Source: Hydrolagus affinis (Eukaryota). Taken from it: DNA of 64,000 bases. The DNA is taken from contig JAAILG010000451.1 in assembly GCA_012026655.1 (NCBI GenBank), positions 1-64,000 on the forward strand, written 5' to 3'. The position numbers and the translations under genes were made by a program. Below the pieces are notes generated by a model. The model did not search any database. It was not told the origin of the DNA and saw nothing but the letters and a program-made list of their open reading frames with translations. Of this stretch, positions 42,800 through 54,190 are shown in pieces; positions within the stretch are counted from its first letter, which is position 1; each line of letters begins with the position of its first letter.

Positions 42800-43140
42800 T
42801 GGAGTCTTGTAGCTCAGTGGTTAGAGCACTCGGCTTTCATGCAAGAGATCTGGCTTCAATTCCCGACGGGGCCAAAACGTTGGGAAAGTTTCTTTACTCC
42901 ACATGCCTCTGTTACCAACAATAAGTGAAAACCCGGTTGTTGGATCACTCTTCTGGTGGTAATAATTCCTTAAGTTAATGATAATGAACCGTCACTTCAA
43001 TTCCTGACTGTTTGTGGGGCACTGCTGTGTGCAATTCACTGCCACGTTTCACCCATAAAATATATTTGCAGCATATTCTGTGAAGCGCTTTGAGATGTCT
43101 CAAAGCCATAACAAAGTGCTATATCAAAAACAAGGATTAT
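42800..43140 (+). mobile_element. tRNA-derived SINE (long form)
   Basis: ggagtcttgtagctcagtggttagagcactc ... tail. Confidence 0.85.
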
Positions 43141-44819
43141 TACAATTGTTATTGGTTTGTCAGCCTTGAGCCCAAGTCTACATGAAATCCAAATCCTGAC
43201 AGTGAGCTTGAAACCACAATGCCTCAAGGCGAGAGTGCTATCAACTAAGTCAGACTGACCAACTCACAGCAATGTACTAACATAAGGATTAGTATAAATT
43301 CCAAAACATAATGCAATTGAAAATTGAGCAATTGAGCAATCGCCAAGAAAAATTGTTTCCTCCATGTGAAAACATGCCCAAAAGGCAAGGCAAATACATT
43401 ACAAACACTATCTCAACTGCATTTTGACCACCCCCATTCTTGATAAGTCGTTTTAGCCCCTTGATAAACGTGCCTAAGGTTTAAACTCGATTCATCCAAG
43501 ATAACAATGATTCCTCACCATTATGGATTGATTGGAAACCACTGGAGCAAAATGTCCAAAAATACTACAGTAACCATGGGAACAGGGTTGCCACAATTGC
43601 CGATTAGCCTCCCCAGTCTCGCAAAGGAGTGGAGATTTTGTGTGGTAATGACAGGTAGGTAGATAATGCATTGCCAGCATTCACAAAGAGGCTTGATTAG
43701 CAGCGAATCATGACAAATCTGTGATCTCTCCAAAGTGTTCAGAAACAAACATCAAGGAGCTATCAACGGAGGCTTTAACAGTTTACGACCAATATCTGAA
43801 GACACAATCATATTACAACTCTCTCAGCGCTTCTCTGCTTCTCTGTCATGGTGTAATCCATCCAAAACAAACCTAGAATAAATTGGCCATTTCAACCCAC
43901 GACTGTTTGTGGGACGCTGCTGTGCGCAATCGGCTGCCGCGTTTCGCCCAGAAATATACAGTCATTTCACTTTGCAGTATATTCTGTGAAGCGCTTTGAG
44001 ACATCTAGAAGATGTGAAAAGCCCTATAACAAATGCAAGGATTATTATACATATACAGTTCTGCAATATTAATGTTTATACTGTGAATTTTAGGTCTGCT
44101 TGAGAGCCAGCAGTTAGTGAGTACACAATACCAATTACTGATGTTCCACATCACTGAGGCAACAAGACGGTTGCACTAGAGGATTAACAGTGGAAACTAC
44201 ACTCGAGCAATTATCTGCAGCCAAGTAGTGAGACGTTCTGTCTATGTAGTTTTAGTCATCTTTAATTCTACACAATATGAATATGTCTGTAGTGACTATA
44301 TGGTCAAGAAGAGAGGAAGACATATATGAGTGGTAACTATACACCAGTCAGCCAACATCTGTAGTGGGTAAACGTTCAGAAGCCATAGTAGAGAATAAAA
44401 TAAAAAATCACTTAGAGAGGCCTGAGTTGATCAACAACAGCCAGCATTGATTTGTAGAATGCAAGTCTTGCCTGGCAAGAAATTAGAAATGTTTTGAGTG
44501 CGTTGATAAAGTCAATGGATTTTAAAGATGTATTGAAAACAAAAAGGAAAGTGATGTGACCTGACCGACTGAAAGACAAACATCTTTCAACACCTTGGGA
44601 CGTCCTTCCAACGTGAAAGACGCTATACAAATGTAACTTGTTGTTTAGTTCAGGAAGTTGACAAGTCACAAGGTTTACACTCGGTGCATAGTAGGTTGGT
44701 ATGTTTAACAAATTGTAAATTGCATGGGTAGGGCTAAGGGTAGGTTAGTATAGCTTGTGATTATTGAAGATGAGCAGTAATCTATTTTCTGGTCTGTATA
44801 ATTCGCAGTAGATGATGAA

Positions 44820-45120
44820 TTTAATAAGAATAAGAATAATAATCCTTGCATTTGATATAGGGCTTTTCACAACTTCTAGATGTTTCAAACAGCTTCACAG
44901 AATATGCAGTAAAGTGAATTGACTGTATATTTGTTGGTGAAAAGCGGCAGCCAATTACGCACAGCAGTGTCCCACAAACAGTCGTGGATTGAAATGACAA
45001 ATGTTTTTGGAGGCATTATCATCAGGCGTGTGGAGTAAGGAAATTTGCCCAAGGTTTTGCCCAACCTGGAATCAAACTTTTTAAGGTGAATGCTCTAACC
45101 ACTGAGCTGCAGGACTCCAA
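44820..45120 (-). mobile_element. tRNA-derived SINE (short form)
   Basis: Tail, core and head all recognisable. Confidence 0.85.
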
Positions 45121-46175
45121 CCGCTGAGCTACAGGACAATGAGTTTAGAGCTTTGGCCGGAAATTAGCCAGACTAACGTGGTTCTCATCTGGAAGTAAAA
45201 TGGCAACAAACAAGACTTTTCCAGCAGATTTAATTCCACAAGTACCACTGTGATTCAACAGTATGTCAGTAATCCACATCCACTGTACTGTAAGCCATTA
45301 TCTGGCTTTTAGTGTTCGAGCCAATAATTAACTTAATAAAACCTAACCTGGGGAAAGCTCAATTGAGAGAACTGCAGCCTGATGATTTGAGCCCAATTTG
45401 CGACCTTCCCTTTGAGAGACAAGCACTCAACTGCTTGAGCTGTTGAGCTGCACCTGGATTCTGCTGTTGTTTTGCATCTATGACTAACACTGCTGAACAC
45501 AACAGAAGCTGAAATGTGTTTTGCTTTTGACTATGCTCTAAACAGAATCATTAACCACATAATTTTCAATTTGGTTCTGCGATCGGCCTTGTGAAACAAG
45601 TGTCTTTATAGCATCTGTAGCACATTTATAGTTTCAGGGTGAGATTTAATGGTCATTTTTAAAATTATTGAACTACAGTACAATGAAATTACAGTAACAT
45701 GTGTGTGTGTACAGGTTGAAACTAACTGGCAAGATTAAAAAGTGCCTTAGCTACAGGAAGCAGATAGAAAAGATGAACGGAAAGAACTCCACTGCCAGTG
45801 GGAAATCATTGTCTAACAAGAGATCCTTCGGGAAGACTCTGACTATTTCAGGATGACTTGGAGCAATATTCAATTCCTCTTGATAGCTTATGAGCTGCCG
45901 ATGTTGCCAAGACATGTGCCCAGATGATTGATACAAAGGAGACAAACACCAATGAATGACATGTGGAGCAAGTAAATGGATCATGTAGTAACATTTGGAT
46001 TTTAGTGTGGATAAAGTATGTTAGCGGAATGGCAAACAGGAATTAAGCACTCAACAAGGGGATGCATATTAAAACAATTTTCATGCCAGTGTAACATTAT
46101 GTGTTGCTTGTAGCTTAACAATTCCAAATTGCACATGTTCTTTATTGGTTGTATGCTACATCTCTTGCATATCTT

Positions 46176-46330
46176 GTGGGGTCCTATAGTTCAGTGGATA
46201 GAGCACTCGACTTGCAAGCGAGAGACATGGTTTCGATTCCAGGCAAGGCAAAACCTTGGGCAAGTTATCTTACTCCATGTGCCTGATTATCGCTATATCA
46301 AATGCAAGGATTATTATTATTATTATTACA
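46176..46330 (+). mobile_element. Internally deleted SINE (head fused directly to tail)
   Basis: tRNA head...ctccatgtgcctgattat|cgctatatcaaatgcaaggattatta; central core absent. Confidence 0.75.
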
Positions 46331-47494
46331 AGAGGTGAAGAAAACGAGCGAATTGCTAGCAATTACTGATAATTCACTGAATTTTCTAAATCAAATATGA
46401 ATATATTATCACAAAGCTAATCAAAACCCAAGCTTGATTTGACAATCAAACAAAGTTATTCTATCTGGTTTGACACTCTACCTTCAGGTGGGATGGATTG
46501 ATTGATGGTTTGGAAGAATTCAAAGATGAGTGAGGACCAAGGACGAATATTCAATCATGTGCACCTGAATATTCCTGGGTTTGAAACCCTGATCTGTGCT
46601 AAATTAGCTGATCTCAATAGTTGTGGCCCCGGGATCTGCAACTGAGCTCAGAAATCCTGAGCTACAAAGCGAGGGATGAGAAGGATAAAGCAGCCTGGGT
46701 TTATGCTTCCCACCCAGCTTCACTATCACCAGCTTCTCAGGATGAATTAATCGACTGGGAAGCTGCTGATGTTCAACAGAAGATGGTTGTGTGAACATAA
46801 TTTGTGGATGGGATCAGGCTGGCTGGATATTTGAAAAGTTTCTCTCAAATCACAGTTTAATTTGAGACATGGAGAATAGTCACTTGAAGCAGTCCACAGG
46901 TGTGAAAAAAAAACACTTCCCAGCATCAGACAGTGTTCTCAGGAAAGGAGGGGAGAAAAGCATAGAAGTACATTCACAGACAAACTAACCCTCTAGAGGT
47001 TAGAGTGGAGATGCCCGGCGAAGTGGTTAGACTATAACTAGAAAAGCTCCATTAATCTACCCAAGCATGGGAATTGTCTATGCCGAGCGCAGATTAAAGC
47101 ATCAGCTCTTAGTGGAATTGTGACATTAAAGTGCAAAACAGCTGCTTCCTTATTAAGAGAGAACACATTTCTCGACACAGACAAACAATGTGGGGCAATA
47201 ATCCGCATCAGTCAGATCTATGCATTACTCATTTTGCAGAAAAAAATTGTCTTTCAGAAAAAGAGAAAGCAATCAGTGTGTAAATCTGTTTTTTTGCCTG
47301 GTTCAGTCAGTAATACCAGTGGCTCTGAATTTGAACAGCACATCAACAACAATAAAAATTACATTTCTATAGAGCCTTTCAGTCAGGAGGACGTCTCAAG
47401 GCGTTCGACAGTCACTGTGTCAGATCCGAGCTGGGGACGAGGGGGGAGGGAAGTGGGGTATTAGGAGTTGCCAATGGGACCATCAAAGAGGACA

Positions 47495-47770
47495 TCAGGA
47501 CTTTGAGCTCATAGTCTAAGCTGTTGCTGCAGTGTTGTCCTCGAGGAGCACTATATTTTCAGAGGTGTGGTTGTTTGGATGCTTTGCAGGCATTAAACCG
47601 AGGTCCCACGTCTACTTATTCAGGTGGACCTTAAAAATCCCATGTTACTCGACAGAAAGGAAAATGAGTTTCTCCTATTGTCCTGGTCAACAATCCTCCC
47701 GATAAAAATGATCATTTACCGTAAGGCTGACGTGAGATATTGTTGCGTGAAAACTGACTGCCTCGTTTGT
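47495..47770 (+). mobile_element. Old DeuSINE-like remnant
   Basis: ttaaaccgaggtccc...caggtggaccttaaaaatcccatg...gagtttctcc...gtcctggtcaac. Confidence 0.6.
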
Positions 47771-48414
47771 GGGGGATTTCATTTAGCTTAATTTTCAATC
47801 TGTCATTCAAAACGCAAGCAGTAATGAGAAGTGACATTAAAAGCTTTATTCCTCGGAGACAAATTCTCAGTCAAGCACTTTTGCAAAAAAAAATACATCA
47901 GTAGAGTAGGTACGCCACTTCCTGCGGTCATTAATGCTGAGCTGATGACTCTGATTGCACTGTTATAAGAGGGAGGCGAGAGTATTTGCATATGAATGGT
48001 GGGGCAAGTAAGATGCAAAATTACACACACACGTGATTACCAGAAACAGGAGATGTGAGCTAAGAGAATATATAATTAGGAAACATAACTGTTAGGTCAG
48101 ATGGTATATTTTAAGTACACTATAGTAATTGGAATTAGAGAGTACATCACCTTTTGACTGAAGCCAACCAGCGGAGTCTGGATTAGGTTTCACCGTCAAA
48201 ATCACAGCCAAGTCAAATTGATTTAAAAATTTGTGCGTGTACTTTTACAGCTGGTTAAGAGGAATCCTTTTCTTTCAATCGCTGGTCTTTAAAATGCAAT
48301 ATGAAGTAATAATGGCTTACTATATCATCCCTCACTTTTTAAAAAATCTATTTCTGTTGACATGTTAAATATTCCACTCTGTGCTACTCTCAGGGAAGGA
48401 AAGTGGCTTGGAGG

Positions 48415-48742
48415 AATAATATTAATCCTTGTACAGTATTTGATATGGCGCTTTTCACATCTTCTCGGCATCTCAAAGCACTTCACACTGCCTCTATCAT
48501 TATTTCATATTGTAAAGTGAATTAACTGTACATTTGTGGGCGAAACGCAGCAGCCAATTGCACACAGCAGTGTCCCACAAAGAGTCGTGGATTGTTAGCC
48601 AATTTAATATTGTTTTTTTTCGAGGGATTATATCAGGCATGTGGAGCAAGGAAATTTGTCCAAGGTTTGCCCCACCTAGAATGAAACCCAGGTCTTTTGC
48701 TTTATAAGGCAAGTGCTCTAACCACTGAGCTACATGACTCCA
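48415..48742 (-). mobile_element. tRNA-derived SINE (short form)
   Basis: Tail, core and head recognisable. Confidence 0.82.
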
Positions 48743-50067
48743 GAAAGGAATCATTAAGGTGCATATTGTGAGGCAAATTGACAGACACTATGTTTGTATG
48801 TTGAAAACTTTTCTCGCTCCGCCTCCACCCCCACCCCACCCCAATCTCCTCTGGCTGAATGAGTAACATTTCATCTTTCATAACTCAAATAATGATAGAG
48901 ACAATCAAAGAGACATCACAATAATTATTTGTAATGGCTTAATTTTTCAAATGCAGCTCTGTAGAGAGATATGAAGTGAGTTTTGAGGAAATTAAATTCC
49001 CTTACATGGTTTGGGTTAGCCTATGAAATTAAACATCAGACTCTGACTTCTACTCAAGTCTCCAACTCCAGAGCACCAGAGCTCTGTATATCACAGCACA
49101 CGTTGTAGAATATCTTTAATATTATGTACAATGCCCATTTTTAATATTGATAGCCCAATTATTAAACCAACAAGGCATAGTGAATGATAAGCGCTCTGTC
49201 CCCCTCTTTGTTCCCTTGTTCTCATTCAGTTACAGTAAGATTGTATAACAAACTGACAACGGTGTTGTCAAGATGTATCTTGAAATTGGTCACTTCATGG
49301 ATGTTTGTCAGACATTGCTGTGTGCAAATTGGCCTGCAAAATAAACATTCACTACACTTGACAGTAAATTCCTGTGAAATGTTTTCAGACATCATCCCGA
49401 TGTTAAAGGCTACCGAGTTACAAATTAACAGAATATAACAACAAAATATAAATTGCCATTATATAGCACCTTTCACATCGGATAAATACGTTACTATGTT
49501 AACATTACAGGACAAATCTGTTTTTGGCCAGTGTTTGATTTCAACATGTTCTGACGACTGAATGTTCTGAAGTGATAGCACGGGAAGGTATATTTGATGA
49601 CTAATTTGCCAAAATTGCAACTTCAGTCAACGTGAATTTGATGTCAGAGTTACTTTTAAAAATAACCCCTTCCCTGATAACCCCATCATCTACGAACAAC
49701 AGACGCCGTCCAGAGCTCTGATTGTCGAACTTGATTCAAGTTATATAATTGTCTCTTGCTTTGATTCTCCACATCAGTTGCCACTTAAACCACCCACCCC
49801 ATCCCAGCCCACCCCACCCACCCAATGAATTATGTTCAATGCTGGAAATGTTATGATTAGTCACAAAACAGCAGTACTTGACATTTGTTTACACACAACT
49901 GAAGAAAATTTTGTTGACTGGTTAATTCATGTAATCTGATTACGCAAGAGCAAATTCATTGACAAGGACCACTCCAGTTGACCAAATCAAAATCATTGCA
50001 CTAATATGGACAGATCCTAAATGTAGAGCCCCAGGCACCACCACACATTGAGTAGAAAAGTGCATAT

Positions 50068-50385
50068 CTATAATCCTTGCATTTTGATACAACGCTTTTC
50101 ATGTCTTCTGGATGTCTCAAAGCGCTTCACAGAATATACTGTAAAATGAATTGACTGTATATTTGTGGGTGAAACGCGGCAGCCAATTGTGCGCAGCAAT
50201 GTCCCACAAACATTTGTGGATTGAATTGACCAATTTTTTATTGTAGGTTGTTTTTGTACGGATTATTATTAGGCGTGTGGAGTAAAGAAACTTACCCAAG
50301 GTTTCACCCTGAACTGCCTGGATTTGAAACACAGGTCTCACGTTTGTAAGGCGTGTGCTCTAACTACTGAGCTACAGGATTCCAC
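50068..50385 (-). mobile_element. tRNA-derived SINE (short form)
   Basis: Tail, core and head recognisable. Confidence 0.85.
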
Positions 50386-51552
50386 TATATATCTATATAG
50401 ATATTTATATCTATCTATACACCGGCGACCTTCCTGTATTGTACATAAAATAGAGCAGTTTTATGATTCTTTTACACTGTTTGTGATAAAAACAGAAACA
50501 TAATTAATTCAAAGTATGTGAACAAAATAAAGTGGTGGAGGTGAGACAATGAAATAAAACTGGCAGTTCTTTTCTAAAGTGCTTTCTAACAAGTTGCAAT
50601 TGTATCTTTTCCATTGAAAACAATGCGAGTACAAGTGGCCAGCTAAATTGGTATGTGCTACAATTGGACTGAAGTTCATCTGTGCTTGAGTGTCTTTGCT
50701 GCTGTTTTCAATGGAAAACAGAAACACACACTAACCAGGGTGTTATATCTACAACACGAATAAAGTCTGGCTTAAAAAATGAAATTTTGACAGCAATTAA
50801 TTAAAACAATTAAGAGAAACAAGGAATCTTTTCTTGGTTGCTAACGTTTTTATTACCTAATATTTAGGATGAAGGAAATCTGAGTTCTTCCACACAGAGT
50901 TGAGCTCACAAAAGGTTCCAACCAGTGGAATAATATAGAATGTTACAGCATAAAAACAGGCTATTTAGCCCAAATAGCCTATGCCAGTATATTGACGACA
51001 TAAAACAGTAATGCACTCACTCCTCAAACAATAAAATGATCAAAGTGGCATGAACTGTCATCCTTTGATTGTTGCACTCGATAGTGAGACTCATTCTCAG
51101 CAGAACGTTAATGTCTCATCCGAAGGATGGATTAATTTATTTCAATGTATTTCGCCTGAAGCAACAGAGTGCAAATATGGCTTTTGTCAATTTTCAGACT
51201 TTTCCCCATTCATCAGCACACAATATAAACCTTGCATTTAATACAGCACCGTATCACATCTTCGAGACATCTCAAAGCACTTCACAGAATATACTGTGTA
51301 ATGAATTGACTGTACATTTTGTGGGTGAAACGAGGGATGAAGGATCAGCCGTTTGCTTGAGGAATGCTAGGGCCACTGTAGCTCCCAAAACAATCATCAG
51401 AGTGTGTAATTGTCCCTCCCTCGAGCCACTCCAGACCAGCACATGTGCATTACTGTGTCAATACCACAGCATTTTACTTTTGCTAATTTCTCCATCTCTA
51501 GAGGGACATTAACAGAGATGTCCTTTTGATCGGAGATTGGCTTGAGCGAGCT

Positions 51553-51713
51553 TAAAAGCAGGATCAAGAAGGATTTAAGAAGGATTGAACAGGAGATACG
51601 AGATTTTTTTTCCCTCCCATCATGATTAGCACTAAAAGCAGGATCAAGAAGGATTTAAGAAGGATTGAACAGGAGATACGAAAAAAAAATTTCCTCCCAT
51701 CATGATTAGCACT
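51553..51713. repeat. 80-bp tandem duplication
   Basis: taaaagcaggatcaagaaggatttaagaaggattgaacaggagatacg...cctcccatcatgattagcact repeated at 51553 and 51633. Confidence 0.92.
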
Positions 51714-51827
51714 ATTTAATTCCCTTGAATGAATAATAATGATCTTTCCATTTGGAATAGTGCCTTTCACATCAGGGAGGATGACCCAAAGCCCTTTGCA
51801 TGGTGTAACAACCAATGTTGCAATCAC

Positions 51828-52060
51828 TACAACAACAGCAATAACAAAATTACATTTCTAGAGCGACTTTCATGTCGGGAGGACGTCCCAAGGCACTGAA
51901 CAGTCAGGTCGGGACCCGAGCAGGGGAGAGCGACAGGGTAGTGGGGGGGAGGGCCGGGAGAGAATTAGGAGGGGAGGGAGAGAGTTGGGAGGGCAGCACA
52001 AGGCATGATTGAAGAGGAGGGTCTTGAGACCAGCCTTGAAGGAGGCAAGGGAGGAAGCGA
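51828..52060 (-). mobile_element. L2 LINE 3' end
   Basis: Minus strand encodes SSLASFKAGLKTLLF; 3'UTR and (TTG)n tail homologous to 53980-54190. Confidence 0.8.
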
Positions 52061-53036
52061 AGCGAAACTGAATCCCAGGATTCAGTGAAGTCACTTCTGG
52101 ATTTCGAAAGAGATTTTGAAAGTTCAAGGTGTTTCTTTAAATATTAAGGGCATTGCATTTGCAGTATTTCCTAACAAGCTTTAACTTAGCATGCAATTAG
52201 AAATCTGCTCTACTCTACGCTTGACGATAAAGAACTTTGAGATGTTTTCCCAATTGAAAGGTGCTGTGTCAAAGGTAAGGATTATCATTATTATAACAAG
52301 AATCTTTGATAAGGAATCTGAATCATGCATATAACAAGAGCCCCCTTATAGAAGGATTGAATTTTTAAAGATTACCATTTTTTAAAATGGTTCAAATTAG
52401 ACGACATTATATTTTAAACTAAACTCAGGCTGTACCATAGGCATCATCACCTGCCTTGACCATAATCAATGAGTGAAATGTCCATATCTGTGCTTTGCAT
52501 CACTGTTTGAATCACTGGAGCTATGTGGGAAAACTCCTTTTTTTTTGTTATTCTGATTATTACATTTCTTGTGCCTTACTAGACATCTAATCAACTCACA
52601 TCTACTTTCAGACTGGTTTGGCAGATCAAGGAGATTTCTATCACCTGTCATTTCTCAGTATCTTCAGACAAGACTCAAACCAGCTGCTGTTTGAGCTGCC
52701 AGGTTGCGCCTGTTTCTCTTTCTCTCTCTTCCAGATATTAGACCAGGGTGAAATTCAGCATTTTTTGCAATAGGCTCTCACTCATTCAAATGTCTTCTGT
52801 GTGTTTGCTGTTTGATTATTATTAATAATCATCTGTGCATGAGTGCCTTTGTAATTAAGGCCTTTATATTATTAAATATTAATTTGGTTTTAATTTCATT
52901 AATTTATTGAGTTTAATTTTATTAATTTATTGAGTGCCTTTATATTATTAAATATTAATAATAATAATCCTTGCATTTGATATTGTGCCTCATCACTTCT
53001 TCCATGTGTCTCAAAGCGCTCACTGAATACATTGTG

Positions 53037-54159
53037 TCTTCACTTCGTCTCCTCCAACGGCCTCTCCTCCAGCCCCCGCACAGTCACATGCAGCGTTCCC
53101 CAGGGCTCTGTCCTTGGCCCCCTGCTCTTCACCCTCTATACTCTCCCCCTGGGCGACATCATCCGCAGACATGGGGTAAATTTCCACATGTATGCAGATG
53201 ACACCCAACTCTACCTTCCATGTCAACCCTCGATTCCAGGACTACTGGTATTCTGTCTGTATGTCTGTCCGACATTGAGTCCTGGACGAGGGCAAATTTC
53301 CGTCAACTCAACGTCAACAAGACGGAAGCCCTCCTGTTTGGCTCACGTCAGCATCTCCGCACCTCCGCACCTCCGGCGCTGACAACATCAGTGTTCAAGG
53401 CTGCTCTCTCCACCTCTCGAAGCCAATCAGGAATCTGGGCGTCTTGTTCGACCCCAAACTATCCTTCCTCCCCCAAATCCGCTCCATGACCGGCACAACC
53501 TTCCATCACCTCCGTAATATTGCCAGACTCCACCACTACCTCACCCCCCACACAGTGGAAACTATCATCCATGCCTTTGTCACTTCCAGGCTCAACTACA
53601 GGAACTCTCTCCTCGTCGGCCTCCCCAGCTCCTCCCTTCACAGGCTGTAAATTATTCAGAATTCTGCAGCTCGTGTACTCTCCCGCACCAGGCTTCACGA
53701 CCACATCACTCCCACCCTCGCCCGTCTCCACTGGCTCCCCATCACCCAGACGATCCAATTCAAGATCCTTGTTCTCACTTTCAAGGCCATTCACGGCTTT
53801 GCCCCCGCCTATCTCTCTGATCTGCTGTCTCCCTATCAGCCTGCCCACACCCTCCGTTCAGCAGACTCAGATCTGCTCTGCATCCACCTCCCTAACCACC
53901 CAACCATTGACAGTCGGGCTTTCAGCCTCTCTGCTCCCACACTGTGGAACTCTATCCCGCAGCCCCTCCGCCTTGTTTCCCCTCTTTCCTCCTTCAAGGC
54001 CGGTCTCAAGACCTTCCTCTTTGACCGCGCCCTTCGGCTGTCCCACTAACTCTTCCCCCTCTCCCTCTCTCCTCCCCCTCCCCTCCCCTCCCCTCCCCCC
54101 ACTCGGGTCCTGACCTGACTGTTCAGCGTGTTGGGACGTCCTCAATTTAAGTGCAATTT

Positions 54160-54190
<31 letters not shown>
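53037..54190 (+). mobile_element. 5'-truncated L2-clade LINE (RT remnant, frameshifted), nested in a SINE
   Basis: [40 protein letters not shown]; IIHAFVTSRLNY; LHWLP; FKAGLKTFLF; (TTG)n tail; frameshifts and stops. Confidence 0.92.

Noticed and set aside
45751-45984. ORF with an RVFPKDLL motif reminiscent of an RTE C-terminus
   Set aside because: Similarity is too short to support a call without a search.
52841-52960. Repeated AT-rich units resembling a CRISPR or repeat array
   Set aside because: Eukaryotic local slippage duplications next to a SINE tail; no regular repeat-spacer structure.
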